From positions 5,332,001 through 5,396,000 of the forward strand of contig NC_134478.1 of assembly GCF_964194025.1 (NCBI RefSeq): a stretch of DNA of 64,000 bases. Reading direction: 5' to 3'. Positions 37,130-50,140 of this stretch are shown one piece after another. Numbering within the stretch: position 1 is the first letter of the stretch; each line of letters begins with the position of its first letter. This DNA is from Convolutriloba macropyga (taxonomy: Eukaryota). The notes below the pieces were generated by a model, which did not search any database, was not told where the DNA came from, and was given only the letters and a program-made list of their open reading frames with translations. The position numbers were made by a program, and so were the translations under genes.

Positions 37130-37529
37130 ATTATCCACTCATCATCATGTTTTTATTTTGAGTTAAAGGTCAGTTCGGTTGCTAATATGAACTTCAACTA
37201 TTATTAATTGTTCTCAAACGAAGTAGCCGTGAGTGTTTGCTGCCCGTGTTGAGGACAACGACGAAAAAAAAAACGACAATATTTTCTAAGAAATCGTAGT
37301 GTTCGTCGTTTTGTCGTCGTGTTCTTTGTTTTCATTAGTTTAAGTCGTCTTTTAAGTGTAAGAAATGATCGTTTCTTCGTCGTTTATTACGTCGTTTTTT
37401 TTTCAATGGAAATCGTCGTTTTTTGATTGTTTTTCCGTCGCTTAATTGCTCTAGAACTAGTTTTTCTCTATTGAATCGTTTTGGCATATTTGTATTATGA
37501 CCTGATAGCGCAGTGGTCACTATTTAAGA

Positions 37530-40250
37530 ATGCTTACAATGTGAAACGCGAACAAAGGAAAAAAGATCAAGTTAACACAAATCAGGTTTAAATTGCCAGG
37601 CTTTTATGTTTATTTTTGTTGCTGTCCTTTGCTCATATATAAATCAATATTAGCTATACCAGCATGCAAAATTGACTTTTGGTTGGACAGAGATAATACG
37701 AAATGGGCGAGTGTCTAGCTTCACAGCTTCTATTAACATTTATAAACAAAAGTAATGCATGCAAAAGATTCCTTCCTTTAAATTGTATTTACGGTTTCTT
37801 AAGAAGTTTTCAGCTGCGGAGTCAAAAATTCTTGTCTATAAATCCCCAGCTATTTTCTGTTTTACATTGAGAACATTAGAAACTCCATTTGGGATATCAT
37901 TAATTTATTATATTCATCGCCTCTAAATTGTTTTATGTTAGATTTCAAAAGATCAACAACAAATTACACACTCTTGCTTTTAAATGGAACAACTTCAAAA
38001 ATTTCACGTTTTTTTGTCTAAAGTCTGCTTTTATAAAATGTTGAAAGCAATATAATTTAGAATTGCTTGTTGCGAAAAAAAAATCAACATTGTATGTAGT
38101 ACTTCTTCATTGCATCAAAAATTTTCTTCAGCAGTCAGCGGTCCCAATATTTTACTGAAACCGAGGTAAATTTTTGGAACGGCATCTCAAAAGCTTTTTG
38201 TGTTTTTGTTAGAACTGTTCAGTACTGTTGACTTTTAAAAACAATTCAACTGCTAAAACATGTGCCATAAAACTGTTTTTCATCTAATCGGAAATGATCC
38301 TAATTGTTAGAGAAAAATCTTGATTCAGAAATGGTGTTACTCTAGAGACAGCTTTAAGTTAGATTTCCATTAATAACAGAAATCGCAAGAAGTCCCCGTA
38401 AATTCTGTCATTTTGACAAATATTATGTGTTTGTTAAATGAACTGTAAAAAGTTATATTCTACATGTACTCGATATCTTTTTCAAAAACAGAACATGATT
38501 TTTTTCTGAAATTTAAACAGTATTACCCGAACATTCATTGTCAAAAAGTTAAATGTTCAGAACCACATTATAAGGTGCCGTAATGTCTTTAACTAGTATC
38601 TAATATCCATAAATACATGAAATAATGCGTATACTTATAAAATCAGATGCTCAATTTTATGTAAAAGTGTGATATTGAGAAAAAAAACGAATTACCGCAA
38701 AAACTTTTCTGATTCAGTACAAAGTTAAGATCGTTTTAGAAAATTGAAGAAGACATCTTCTCTCCACAAACTTGAAATGAAAATTGTGTTTTAATTTTAA
38801 AATTTTCGATCCAGTTTCGACCAGAAATCATTAATTAGAAAATATCGAAATCTACGTCAAAAATATCATTTTAGTTAACGTTAACTCTGGCAATGAGTTT
38901 CGTTGGATCACAAAGGCCAATTAAGCAAACATAGTCGTTGCTGTCAGAGAACTCATGAATGTATCAAAATGAATTCTCAGATGCTTGTAAACAATGTGAA
39001 ACGAGAACAAAGAATAAAACACAAGTTTTGCACAAATCAAGTTTTAATTGCCCGACATTTGGGTTGAATTTTTTTGAATTTTCTCGCTGGTTTTGCTTCC
39101 AATAAAGTTTTTTGGCACTACCAGAAAACATAAATTGGTTTTTTTGACGAAGATAATAGGAACTGTGAGATGGCGCTGTTGCAGACCCTTTTTTACATTC
39201 CAGTATTTATAATAACGTATACAAAGTATTTCGTTAATTTATAACTACTGTTTCTTTAGAAGTTTTCAGGTGCTGCGTCGATACTTTTTGTGTATCGTTC
39301 CCTAGATTTTTTCAATTTTGTGTTGAGAATGCAAGAAACTCTGAACTGCGATACTACATTTTTTTTTCTTCTCTGACTCTAATATGTTCTTCCTCAGTAA
39401 CTCTAATAAAATTTTACTAAGAGACACTAATAAAATTCTGATATGTTAAATTTTATAAGATCCACGCAAAACTCCACGTGATTTTAATTAATTTAACCTT
39501 CCTGAAAACTTTGAAATAGTAAACTTTTTGTGTTTTTTCTACATAGCGTCATCATTTCTAAAAAGTTTACCGCAATATAATTTTTCACAAAAAAGATATC
39601 TGACAAGATAGTTGTTGCAAAAAAATCTTGACCTAATGCGATACTTCTTTCATGACCTAAGGCAGTTCTAGTAGCTTTTTGCAGTCAATCTACCCATTAT
39701 TTCATTGCATAAAATGAGGTAAATGTTTGCAAAATTTCTTCGAAATGTTTTGTGTTTCAGTTGGAACTGTTAAGCAATGGTAATTTCTAAATACAGTTGA
39801 CTTTTTGCATTTAATTTTCATCAAGTTCATGTGTACAGCTGTGAAGCTATTTTTTTAATAAACATTGACCCTGCTAATTAGAGAACGAAATCTCAGTTAA
39901 GAATTGTGACACTGTCAAAGTTTTATATTCGGTTTTTATTAGGAGCAAAAAATCGTATTAAAAGTGAACGTTAAACTTCCAAATTGACAAAATGTTAAGT
40001 TTTGGCTGCAACAGCTATGATAAGAGATATTTTTTGGAGTGTGTACGCTACTAGTATCTAAACTCCGTAATAACAGGAATCATTGCTTGTACTTATAAAA
40101 CCTCGCTCTTACGTGAATATATGATGGCCTCACGTTGAGTAAAAACTGAATCACTGCAATTTCTTTATTAAGTTCCATCTAGAAAGTTGAAGAAGAAATA
40201 TTGTGTTTGTAAACTTGAACAATTCAATTTGAAAAAATAAAAACCAGTTA
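37530..40250. repeat. Old tandem duplication, two diverged ~1.45-kb units
   Basis: caatgtgaaacg.gaacaaag at ~37537 and ~38992. Collinear matches include agaagttttcag, gaggtaaat, ctagtatctaa and ttgaagaaga...aaacttgaa at a ~1450-1550 offset. Confidence 0.75.
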
Positions 40251-40474
40251 GGCCCAAAATTATGACTATTTATTTTGCCTCCTTGGTGAAATTCGTAATT
40301 TAATCAAGATCTCTGAGGGCATATATATGTGGTTCCAAAAATTTCTTGTTTTATTTTGCTAAGAAAAATCATAAAGTTATACAGTAATATATTTGTAATA
40401 TATACATTTTAAACGCTTCGAATTTAAGGTTTCAACTTTAAAGTTATGGTGAAACCACCATAAAGAAAACAAAG

Positions 40475-40475
<1 letters not shown>

Positions 40476-40507
<32 letters not shown>
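40476..40507. repeat. (TA)n microsatellite
   Basis: Seen directly. Confidence 0.95.
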
Positions 40508-40510
<3 letters not shown>

Positions 40511-43500
40511 TGTTCTATTAATTTATACACAAAGTTTCTATCTTTTACTTAGGATCCATTTGACAATTTTACCTTTTTTGCTATTAACACGTTCATGAAA
40601 AAAACTTTGTTAAACTTGCTAAGTTTCACTTCCGGATGTGATTTTCTTAATAAATTCTCTTTTAATTTGGTATTTTATCTAGATTTTGTCAAATATATTT
40701 TCGTAATTGAAAACCCTTGAATTTACTTTTCACTAAAAATTTTGGCATTAAAAATTAGCTCATGAATTGTTTTATCACAACTAATCTTAATTCATTTATC
40801 AGCGTCAAAGTTTTCGTGAAACCATAAAAAGCATTGCAGACTACCGCCCTAACCAAATTGCACCGACCATTCGATCCATGTCACCCATCTTTTCTTCACA
40901 AAATGTGTCTTTAAACCTGTAAAACCGATTCGAAGTGCGAAACGTACTCACTAAAGTATTTTTCACAAATACTTCAAATTTACTTCGCAAAGTTCCACAA
41001 AAAGGCTTATTCGCCTATTTGTGGAAACTGCTACAAAATTCCCCTCTGTATCTTAACTTCAAAACTGAGATACTCCAGAGTTTGCAGTATTAATTTTCCA
41101 CACGCGATGTCCGTTATAATCCGTTATAAATAAGAGGATAATTAACGTTTAATAATTTTTAATTGCAACTACATCGTTCAAATAGCTATTAATTCGCGAC
41201 ATCAAAGAAGCTTTGAAAACAAAAGAGTAAGCCAGAAGTGCCGGATAATCAAACTACTTACAGCACAGTGATGGAAACTATATTACGAAAGAAGCTTTTG
41301 TTCTTTATACTTTTGATTTCGTAATATATAATTAGATAAGAGACCAACCACATGCAATTAGTTTCATCAAAAAGGTTCTACTTTTTAATTTAATTTTAGT
41401 TAAGTTTTCACTATAAAAAAGCTCAATAAAAATATTAAAAATAAGGGCGCTAAAAATAATTGACAATTCTTCAGCGCCAACTCAAATAAAAACAACTTAT
41501 AAAGCATGTAAAATAAATCAGCGTAGGTTAAGGTATACTGGGCGTTCAACTGGTGAAGAAGGAATAATTGTTTTTTCAATTTCTGAAAATTCTCTCTAAA
41601 TAAAAAGCGGTTGATAACTACTGTTTTCTTGAAAATCCCTCTGTATGGAAGAAGATCAACTCCTATTAATTTCTGAAAAATCTTTCTGTAATAAAAATTG
41701 ACATGGAGTTACTAATGTCCGAAAAAATCCCTTTATACGAAAAGATTATCAGAAATGTTCTTTCTCAGCTTATTAAATCCGAGTCCCAAAAAACCTTATA
41801 TTGTTTGGTTTTAAGAACCGTTATTCAGAACTGAAACCCTTTCCAGTCCTTTTTTCATGCCCTGTTACTAGAAGACCAGTGAACTGAAAATGAAGCTATC
41901 AACTTCACGGGTAATTGATCTTTTCAGAACAATCCCCCTAAAGTACGAGCTAATAGTAATATAGAAATTTCACACATACTATACATACATACTTTACATA
42001 TCAGTTAGCATCTAAGATGGAGGATTTTTCTTATTTTAATTGATATTAATGTAGGAAGATGGATGGGTGCCACTTCATCAAAATAATAGTCAAATGGATT
42101 TAAAAAAATAACTTACCAAAAACCTGGTCAAATGCTTATTCGTGAAACTTTAGTGACAGTTATTTTCATCGTTTTCCAAATTCTTAAATTTTGATTATCC
42201 ACAAAACACAAAAAAGATGAATAATGTGGCCAAATCCGCCATTTTATGGATTATTGTTAATTCAAGTTGTTTGATAGGAACGCTAGTCAGTAGTGAGTTC
42301 TGCTTAAATCATTTAACAAATTATACAAAGAAAATTCATTTGATTAAAATAAAGAGCATCGGGCTGTGGATGAAATTATTGGATGTAAATGACAAAACAT
42401 TGCTTTTTGTGAAATGAAAATTTTTTTCCTTGCTTCTTGATGGTTCAGCTTAATAATAAGGCATGTGTTATCTTGTCTTTTAATAACCAAATAATAAGAA
42501 ACAAAAAACAAATCATTTTATGAACTATTTAAAATTTCAGCCCCAAAAAAATGCAATGTTCATTTCTAGACAATTTTTTGGCGTGAGCAGTGACAATTTT
42601 GGTCTAATTCCAATTCATTTTCCATTTTTGTAGCAATTGTAACTGAATCAGCTTTGTTTCCTTTTGGAATAAGTTCGTCGCCAAGGTACAAAAAAAATCA
42701 GTTGCGAGACACATCTCATCAATTTCTTTTGATATGAGCCTCAGTTGTAAGTAAAACGTTGAATCAATAGAATGAAATTATTCTAGAAAAATCTTATGCT
42801 AATCAAGAAAAATCTTGAAAAGCTTACAAGATATTTTCTGATGTCTATCCGAATCAGTCTTATCTGAAAATCTATCAAAAAGAAATTGATGGGTGCTATA
42901 TTTAAATAGCTATAAACAGATCAATTGAAGTTTTTGTTTTGCAGCTCCCAGGGGTTAAAATTCATGGGTTTCAATATATCACGAGAACAATGGATTCAAA
43001 CAGGATAAAGTGGAACGTTTCGTAATTAATTTTTTGAAGTTATTTCTGCTTTAGCATTTTTTTTACCCCTTATTCAACTCCAAAGTGTTCATGAGGTAAA
43101 AGTTTTGGTCAAAAATTTTAATATGTTAGATTTACAACAATCAACAACGGCCGTCTCGTTAAAAAACACAAAATATTGATTCTCAAAAAAATTCAAAAAA
43201 GAAGTCATCCCAAAGTATCTCTTAAAAACTATGAACAGTTTTCGCTTTCAAAAAACAGTCATAACGATGAACTTCGGCTATACCTGACAAAATCATCGTT
43301 TATAGTGTGTATCCGTTTCATATGTCTTTCATTGTATGCATTTATGCATAACAAACTCATGCCAATTCAAATCCTTTCATAAATTTGACAAGGAAAATTA
43401 AGCTATCAAAGTTTAACTTAGAACATTTAGAAGTTTGACAGAAAAAATTATCTACCATGGGCCAAATTTATGTAAATATGGTATCATAAATAAGAACTTG

Positions 43501-45762
43501 CATATAATTTGAATGCAGGTTGCTAAGTGCAAATTTTCAAATTTTCATATCGTTTTCAAATTGTATATGAAGTTATGTTTCGCTTTTAAGAATTTTGAAA
43601 TTTTCATCGGCGTTGGCGACAAATTCAGCATGTCTATTAAATTGTATCTCTTGATAACAAAAAATAGAATAATTGATTATTGCAGTGATTGTAAACTGAT
43701 GTTAAAATATGTTTCCTTAAGAGAAAATAATGTAAGAAGAAATATTGAAGATCAGGTTTAAAAATTCGTGTTTCTGTTTGTGTGTGCCTGATTGTAAATT
43801 TTGTTACTTTTGTTTTGCTCATTTCCTAATAACATTGTGACAAATGTTTTCATGTCAAGGGGTTGAAAAGTTGAAAATGTAATGTGTGTTGAGTGCACAT
43901 ACATATATAATTATATGTTTAAAAAGTTGTTTATAGAGTGAAAAACTTTGCTTAACTACGAATACATTTTTGCATTTTAAAAACGGATCACTAAGCGTTT
44001 GTCTCATTTAAGCAGTACACATGTTAGAAAATTCAAAAATAATACCAATTTTGTTCACATGAGTGTTCGACTATTAACAATTAATTCTCATGAGATAAAG
44101 GGCAAAATTACATTAACCTTTGATAGAGGTCTGTAAATGATTTTGCGTCCTAATGAGACTAGTTTTGCCGGAAACGAACAATTTCGTTTGGCTAGTTTAG
44201 TTTCTACAGTTGCCCGAGCCGCCATTTAGAACACATAAAATTGAGCATCACTGTTAGTTCAAAACATTTTTGCCATAATAACTTAATGATTTTTGAACCA
44301 ATGCTCAACTCAGAACCATTCTTAGACATTTCAAAGACAAAATTTAGAGAGTTGGTCACGGTAACACAAACCAAAGGTCTAAAAAGGCGCCATTAATAAC
44401 TTTAACTTCGTTATCGGATCCTAAATATTCTCTATTACTCTAAAACCTAAAGTTGAAGAAAATTGATAACTTTACGCGTGTTTAACACTGATCAAATATT
44501 ACAGATAGACTTATAGTCTTTATTTCCTCCTATTGGGTCATTTTTGTAATTCAAATTGAGGCAAACACAATTAATTTGTTCACATGTATTTACAACTCAC
44601 GGAAACGAAACCTTTGCACTTGGCGATATGTGAAAACAAAAATTTCAGGGTTTCAGTCTATGCAATAATCAACAACGGTTCATAGTAATTTATACCATTT
44701 GAACCATATTTGACACTCAAGTTTTGCGTTATTGAGGTTAGCGCTTGATGATATGATAAACTTTTCGGTTCAATTCCAGTCAATTTTGTTGATACGAAAT
44801 CTGGTTTATCAAAAGAATTGTTGCATTATTTGCAAGGTCACCGACCATTGACCGGCAGCAATAAAGTCAACTTAATATTTCGCATCGTTTTACGTGTTGT
44901 TGATTGGGGTGTGTAGTTGCTATCTATTTATCTGTAAAATTTGAACCGAAAATATATCCAAAATTCGTTATCTAACTGTACTATATAGAACGAACTCGAT
45001 ACACAGACTCCCGAAATCGATTTAAAGCAGAACTTTCACTTATCCGAAGAAACTAAAATAGAGACAAGTTGGGCCTAAATGAAGATTTTATACGATCAGA
45101 ATTTTTGATAAATTGTATAAATTGTAAAAATGTATTCAGAAATTGAAGAAATTTAAATTCAATTTTGAGGAAAAAATATTTTAACCGTTTGTTCCTCAGT
45201 CTAGTTTCGAACCTGTTGTTGAAAACTTTCTTCGGGAAACCACTTAAAGTTAAAAAGCAATAAGCCAGTTTGTTTTATGACCTAAATTCATCGCAATTTG
45301 AGGTCATTTTCATAACCAACATTTATGATTCCAGTTTCGCAATAGTTAGCGTTAAGCTTAATAAAACACCCCCCTTATTTCACATCGTACCTCCCCCTCG
45401 CCCTTCATGATCTAGTTCATATCGATAGTGTGGGTTGCGATTCTGCAGAAATTCTGGCTATTTTGGTTGTAATATCGCTCTGGCATTTCTATCTAGTTCC
45501 TTGAATTATTTACCCTTCGCATAGATATAGATTGAACATCGCTATCGACAAATATTACAAAGTATAGTTACTGACTCAAGTCATAAAACTAGACCCATAA
45601 ATCTCATATTTTACAAATTTTATAGCTGCAAGTTATGCTGAAATCAACACAAATCAGATAAACATATATACAGAATTTCTCACTGTATACATAAAGCAAC
45701 TATAATTGATTGTAATTTATTAAATTTTATTGTTCTTTTCTATATATCCAAAGTTATTAAAA

Positions 45763-46035
45763 ATGAGTTTCGAATCAATTTTTGATATTTTTCTTTCGAT
45801 TCCGATCGGATTAATGGTTCCATTTACGGCATTGAAAGCAAAATTTGCCGACCGGCAACGACAAAAACGCGATGAACTTACGAGAACGAATCAAGTCGAG
45901 CATTTTGTTCCTGAACAAATTTCACGAGTTCCGTCTTCGTCGTCTTCAGAAGCAAGCACGTCGTGCAGTATTCAGAAATATCAGTTGACCGAAATTTACA
46001 GACTGCAAAATGAAGAGCACTCAAACGACGATTAG
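45763..46035 (+). CDS. Candidate small single-exon protein (90 aa) with an N-terminal hydrophobic segment
   Basis: aaaATG context. MSFESIFDIFLSIPIGLMVPFTAL is followed by a charged segment, a Ser-rich stretch and an acidic C-terminus. Composition is more protein-like than the other spurious ORFs, but I recognise no family. Confidence 0.5.
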   Translation: MSFESIFDIFLSIPIGLMVPFTALKAKFADRQRQKRDELTRTNQVEHFVPEQISRVPSSSSSEASTSCSIQKYQLTEIYRLQNEEHSNDD

Positions 46036-46088
46036 AACCAATTTCAAAAACTGTAAAACTATTTCAACTGAGTCAAAATACGAACTTT

Positions 46089-46318
46089 CATTACGAGCCA
46101 GCAGCCATACCGAATAAAGTGACCAATTTGCCCCATTTGACCTCCACGCAACATTTTAACTTCACAAAACGTATCTTAATACATGTAAACAGGGGCCTTC
46201 CTGTCTGGTATAAGGCGACAAAGGAACGATTATACCAATTGTTTATTAATAATGGCCTTTGTCGCCAAATTCCACAAATGAGCGCAATGTTCAAAGATGG
46301 GGGCGCTGGCTCGTAATG
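46089..46318. mobile_element. MITE with a 14-bp perfect TIR
   Basis: cattacgagccagc ... gctggctcgtaatg; no clear TSD. Confidence 0.65.
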
Positions 46319-49300
46319 TATTCCAGTGTCTCGGAATATTTGCTGCCAGAATTTTTTTAACGCAGTAGTTTAGAGTTGCTCAGCTTTGAGTTTTGTAGAG
46401 TGGGCATTGTTAGCTAATAGTTTAGAGATAACTGAATTGATGATAAATGGTTTTATGAAATCCAAATTTCTGTGATCTAATTTTGATTTCATCCTTCAAT
46501 AGGAAAAATGAGAACTAGGTTGTTAAAAATATTATTCCAATTTTAAACAGCGCGACGGGCGCTAGAATTGGTTTTTTTTCTTTAACAAGGGGAAACTGAA
46601 AAAAAACAACATCAAAAACTATCAAAAATAAGTTTTGGCGTCTACCCCGGGCACATATATTTTTGCGACCCCGTTTAGTGGGAGAGATACTATATGCGCA
46701 GCTTGTTTTTTCGTTCTCTTTGATCGATTGATGATATCGAACTTGTTTGCTTAATGTCGCTGATGACCACACAGGTTAACAATCTTCACCTCAAAACTTG
46801 CTCGTGGAAAATAGTAGAATTTTAAACTAACTTCAATCGGTGAAAAAACATTTTCATGGACAGATTTTTTTAGTATTTTCCTGAAAATTTGGAATTTTGG
46901 TAGTTTGAAAGTTGGAATTTTTCTGTTAAAATTTGCACAACCCCATTTTGTGGTTTAGTGGAGTTTGTTTCAAGAAAATAATTGTATCATTGTTCATTTT
47001 GGTTTTTGTTCATAAAATATAAATCAAAATTTCGTTTTATTTAATTTTGACGAGAAGAAAACGATGAAAAATCAATCAGAGACATATTCGAAAAGAAAAA
47101 GATTTTGACGATAATGAACAGTAAAATAAAGAAGTTAACATTTTTCACCGTAATTGAGCCATTATCACGACATGCATCAAAGTTAGCGCAACATTTCAAC
47201 TTTTCTGGACTAATGTTTTTAAAATTGTTTCTTTAAAAAAATTTACGCCTAATTGAGTGCACGAAAAACAATTATCTGCATTGTTCCTTTGTTTCATGCT
47301 GTTAAATTTTTGACACTTGAGAAAAATAACAACTTGAACCTTTTGAATGGGTTGCTGCCTGTTTTGCTGCCAATTGAAATAAAAAAAAACGCAGAGTTCA
47401 AATTCTCCTAAAATTTCAGTTTTAAAAAATTTGACTTGAGAAAGGTTTTTTAAAATTGCTTTTCAAATGTTTCCTAATTCGTTTTTCGTATTTTAGACGA
47501 CTAAATAAATTTAATTGTATGACGACTAATCGCAACCGATTTCTTTGTCGCTGCCATGTATCAAAGTTACATCGTATTGGTGCGTTTTAATTTTTTAAGA
47601 AGGGACTATCCGTGGATCAATTTTTTAATTAAGAGACCAATGATTAGAATTTTTGTAAATTGAAATCCATCAATCCAAGGTTTTAAATTTTAATGAGCTC
47701 GCGAAAAAAATTGTGGTTTGTATAGCTTGGTGGTGTTTTCTCCGTGATTTTAATAATAAATTATTGACCCCCTTTGCCCATTTGAAAAAAAATTCTACGG
47801 GGTTTTGATTGTTGATTTTTTTTGTGCTAACGATTGTGTATAATTTAAGATTTTTGTGCTTTTTTTGGCTACTTTGATCCCAAAAATCGCTCATCATCAT
47901 TCTGTTGTTGCAAAAAAACATCTTTTGTGGTAAATTTGAAAAAAAAAGTGATCCATGTTTGTGACTGAGAGTGGGTGGGGATATCATACGTGAAGACGGT
48001 GTCTAGCATCCTTGTTTTACTTTTTGTTTTAGTCCTGCCCATTAACCATGAAAAATATCAAAGTTTTTCAATGTCTTATTTTAGCCTGAAGAGCATTTTG
48101 AATTGAAAAATACCCCTTATGAAACGCACTGAAATAAAGAATCGTTATCTAAAAACTGAAAAAATGTTCCGATTATTTTTATCCAAGAAACTGTTAAAGT
48201 ATGAATTCCTGCACTATAAATCAGCGTGACAGCACTGAAAAATGTCCAATTGTCATAACAAGATCTCTTGACATCATTCTATAAAACTTTTGCATGATGA
48301 TCGTTTCTCAAACCAATTACTTGGAAAATGCCATTTTTTTCAAATCACAATCAATTTGTCATCGGATAATTTTGGTGGCTATTATTATAAAGAGTTAAAA
48401 AGATTTACTGCTGTCCATAATTGTTACATAATATATTTGTTAACAAGATGAGGAAAACATAAGCAAATAAATTTTAACCATCTAAACTAGATTTCGAATT
48501 CAATAAAAGCTCGATTTTGCATATTTATAACAATTAGCAAAACACAAAAAAATCTTTTGTGTTTATTCGTTGTAATTTCTGGTCTGTGTTTGGAATTCCA
48601 CTATTTTGGTGACAATTTGCGCAGTTTAGAAGACATTGATCAAATGTATATTTAAAAGATAGGTATTTATTGGGGTTTCATTTTGATATAAAAAATTGAC
48701 AATTAACAAAACAAATTTTCAACATGATTTTCAAGTACCCCCTCATTCAATGGGGTCGATTAAATAACAACGCAGCCAAAAAAACACGAAAAAAGTGTAA
48801 ACAATGCATCATTTCACTGTGTGTCTTTATTTTCAAACTTTTTCATAAGGAATTTTATCTCAGTATTTCTCAGCTGTTCCAACATAACACACGTTCAACA
48901 GTTTTTGTTGTTGACTTTCCCAGTGTGTCGAACTGAATTCTATTTTTATGTACTATAAACTTCGACCAGTTTTGATATCAAAAAACGTGTGTTTGGTTTT
49001 GAAATCACAAAAAAAAACAAAAACGACAAGTCACGAATTGTCATAAAAATTCAAAATGACATGTTTTGTATTGAAATCACTAAAATTAGACGCTTACTGT
49101 TCCAATGTGTTTGCTCTCTGCAGAGGCATGCAAGGGACTAACTTCTTATAAAATATATGGAGGTATTAAAATAATGAACACTGATTCTTTTGTAAACTAA
49201 TGTTTGTAAAGTTTTTCAGGAATCCTAATATGTAAACAAACTGCAGTATTCTGAACCAACTCTTTCATAATCGTTGCTTTATGGAAACACTAATGAAGAC

Positions 49301-49934
49301 AATCATGGAAAAATTTTATCCTCGTTTCATCTTCCTCTCAAAAAATGACGCAAATGCAAATATTCACGATGAGATTTTACCCGATTTTCATAAAGCTTAA
49401 TACAAAATTTTTCGAGTCAGTTTCTTGAACGACATTTTCAGGATTGGTTCTTCAATGCTCAGAAAACAACCTGCAGATACTCTGAGGTCTGTTTTCGAAC
49501 TACCGTCTTCGCTTCTTCCAAATCCAAACTGAATTTTCACTATTTTTTTGCAGTTTTGACAATACTGTCATAGAAAGCTTTTTCTTGCGTCCAGTTTCAA
49601 AATTCTCCTTTTGACCACTCTTTTAACCTGTCTGGACAATTTTTACGGTTTTTAGTTTTTTCTGAAAAAAATCGTTTGATCATCATTAACATCAGATACA
49701 AATCTGAGGAGATTAATTGCAGCCTTGAGTGAATATCAGAGAATACACAGATCAACTACAAGCAAGAACTTTGAAATTCTGCGTTTCTTACTCTCAGTAG
49801 TAATCCGATTAATAGTATGATCACTAGAAATTCCTACGTACTTTAACATCTGTATAAGTAACTGGCATGGCAGGGTGTCGAACGTACTCTGAAATCAAAG
49901 TAAACGAATTCGCAGGAGCACGATTTCAACCGCA

Positions 49935-50140
49935 CACTAATGGTCGAGCACACTTCGAGCGCAAAGAGACTGTAGAGTGCACTTGAGTCTGATTATAGTC
50001 GGATTCGAGCGCACTACGAGCGCATAAAGACTGTCAAGCGCGCTTGAGTCTGGATCAGGGCAATTTCGGTCTGGGACGGTCTGGACAGGTGGGGTTTTGG
50101 TCTGCGTCGGCCTGGACCAGGACGATTTCGAGCGCACACC
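49935..50140. repeat. GC-richer repeat remnant with ttcgagcgca / cttgagtctg units
   Basis: Two ~62-bp units plus gtctgg repeats; resembles the central units of the 63139-63688 element. Confidence 0.55.
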
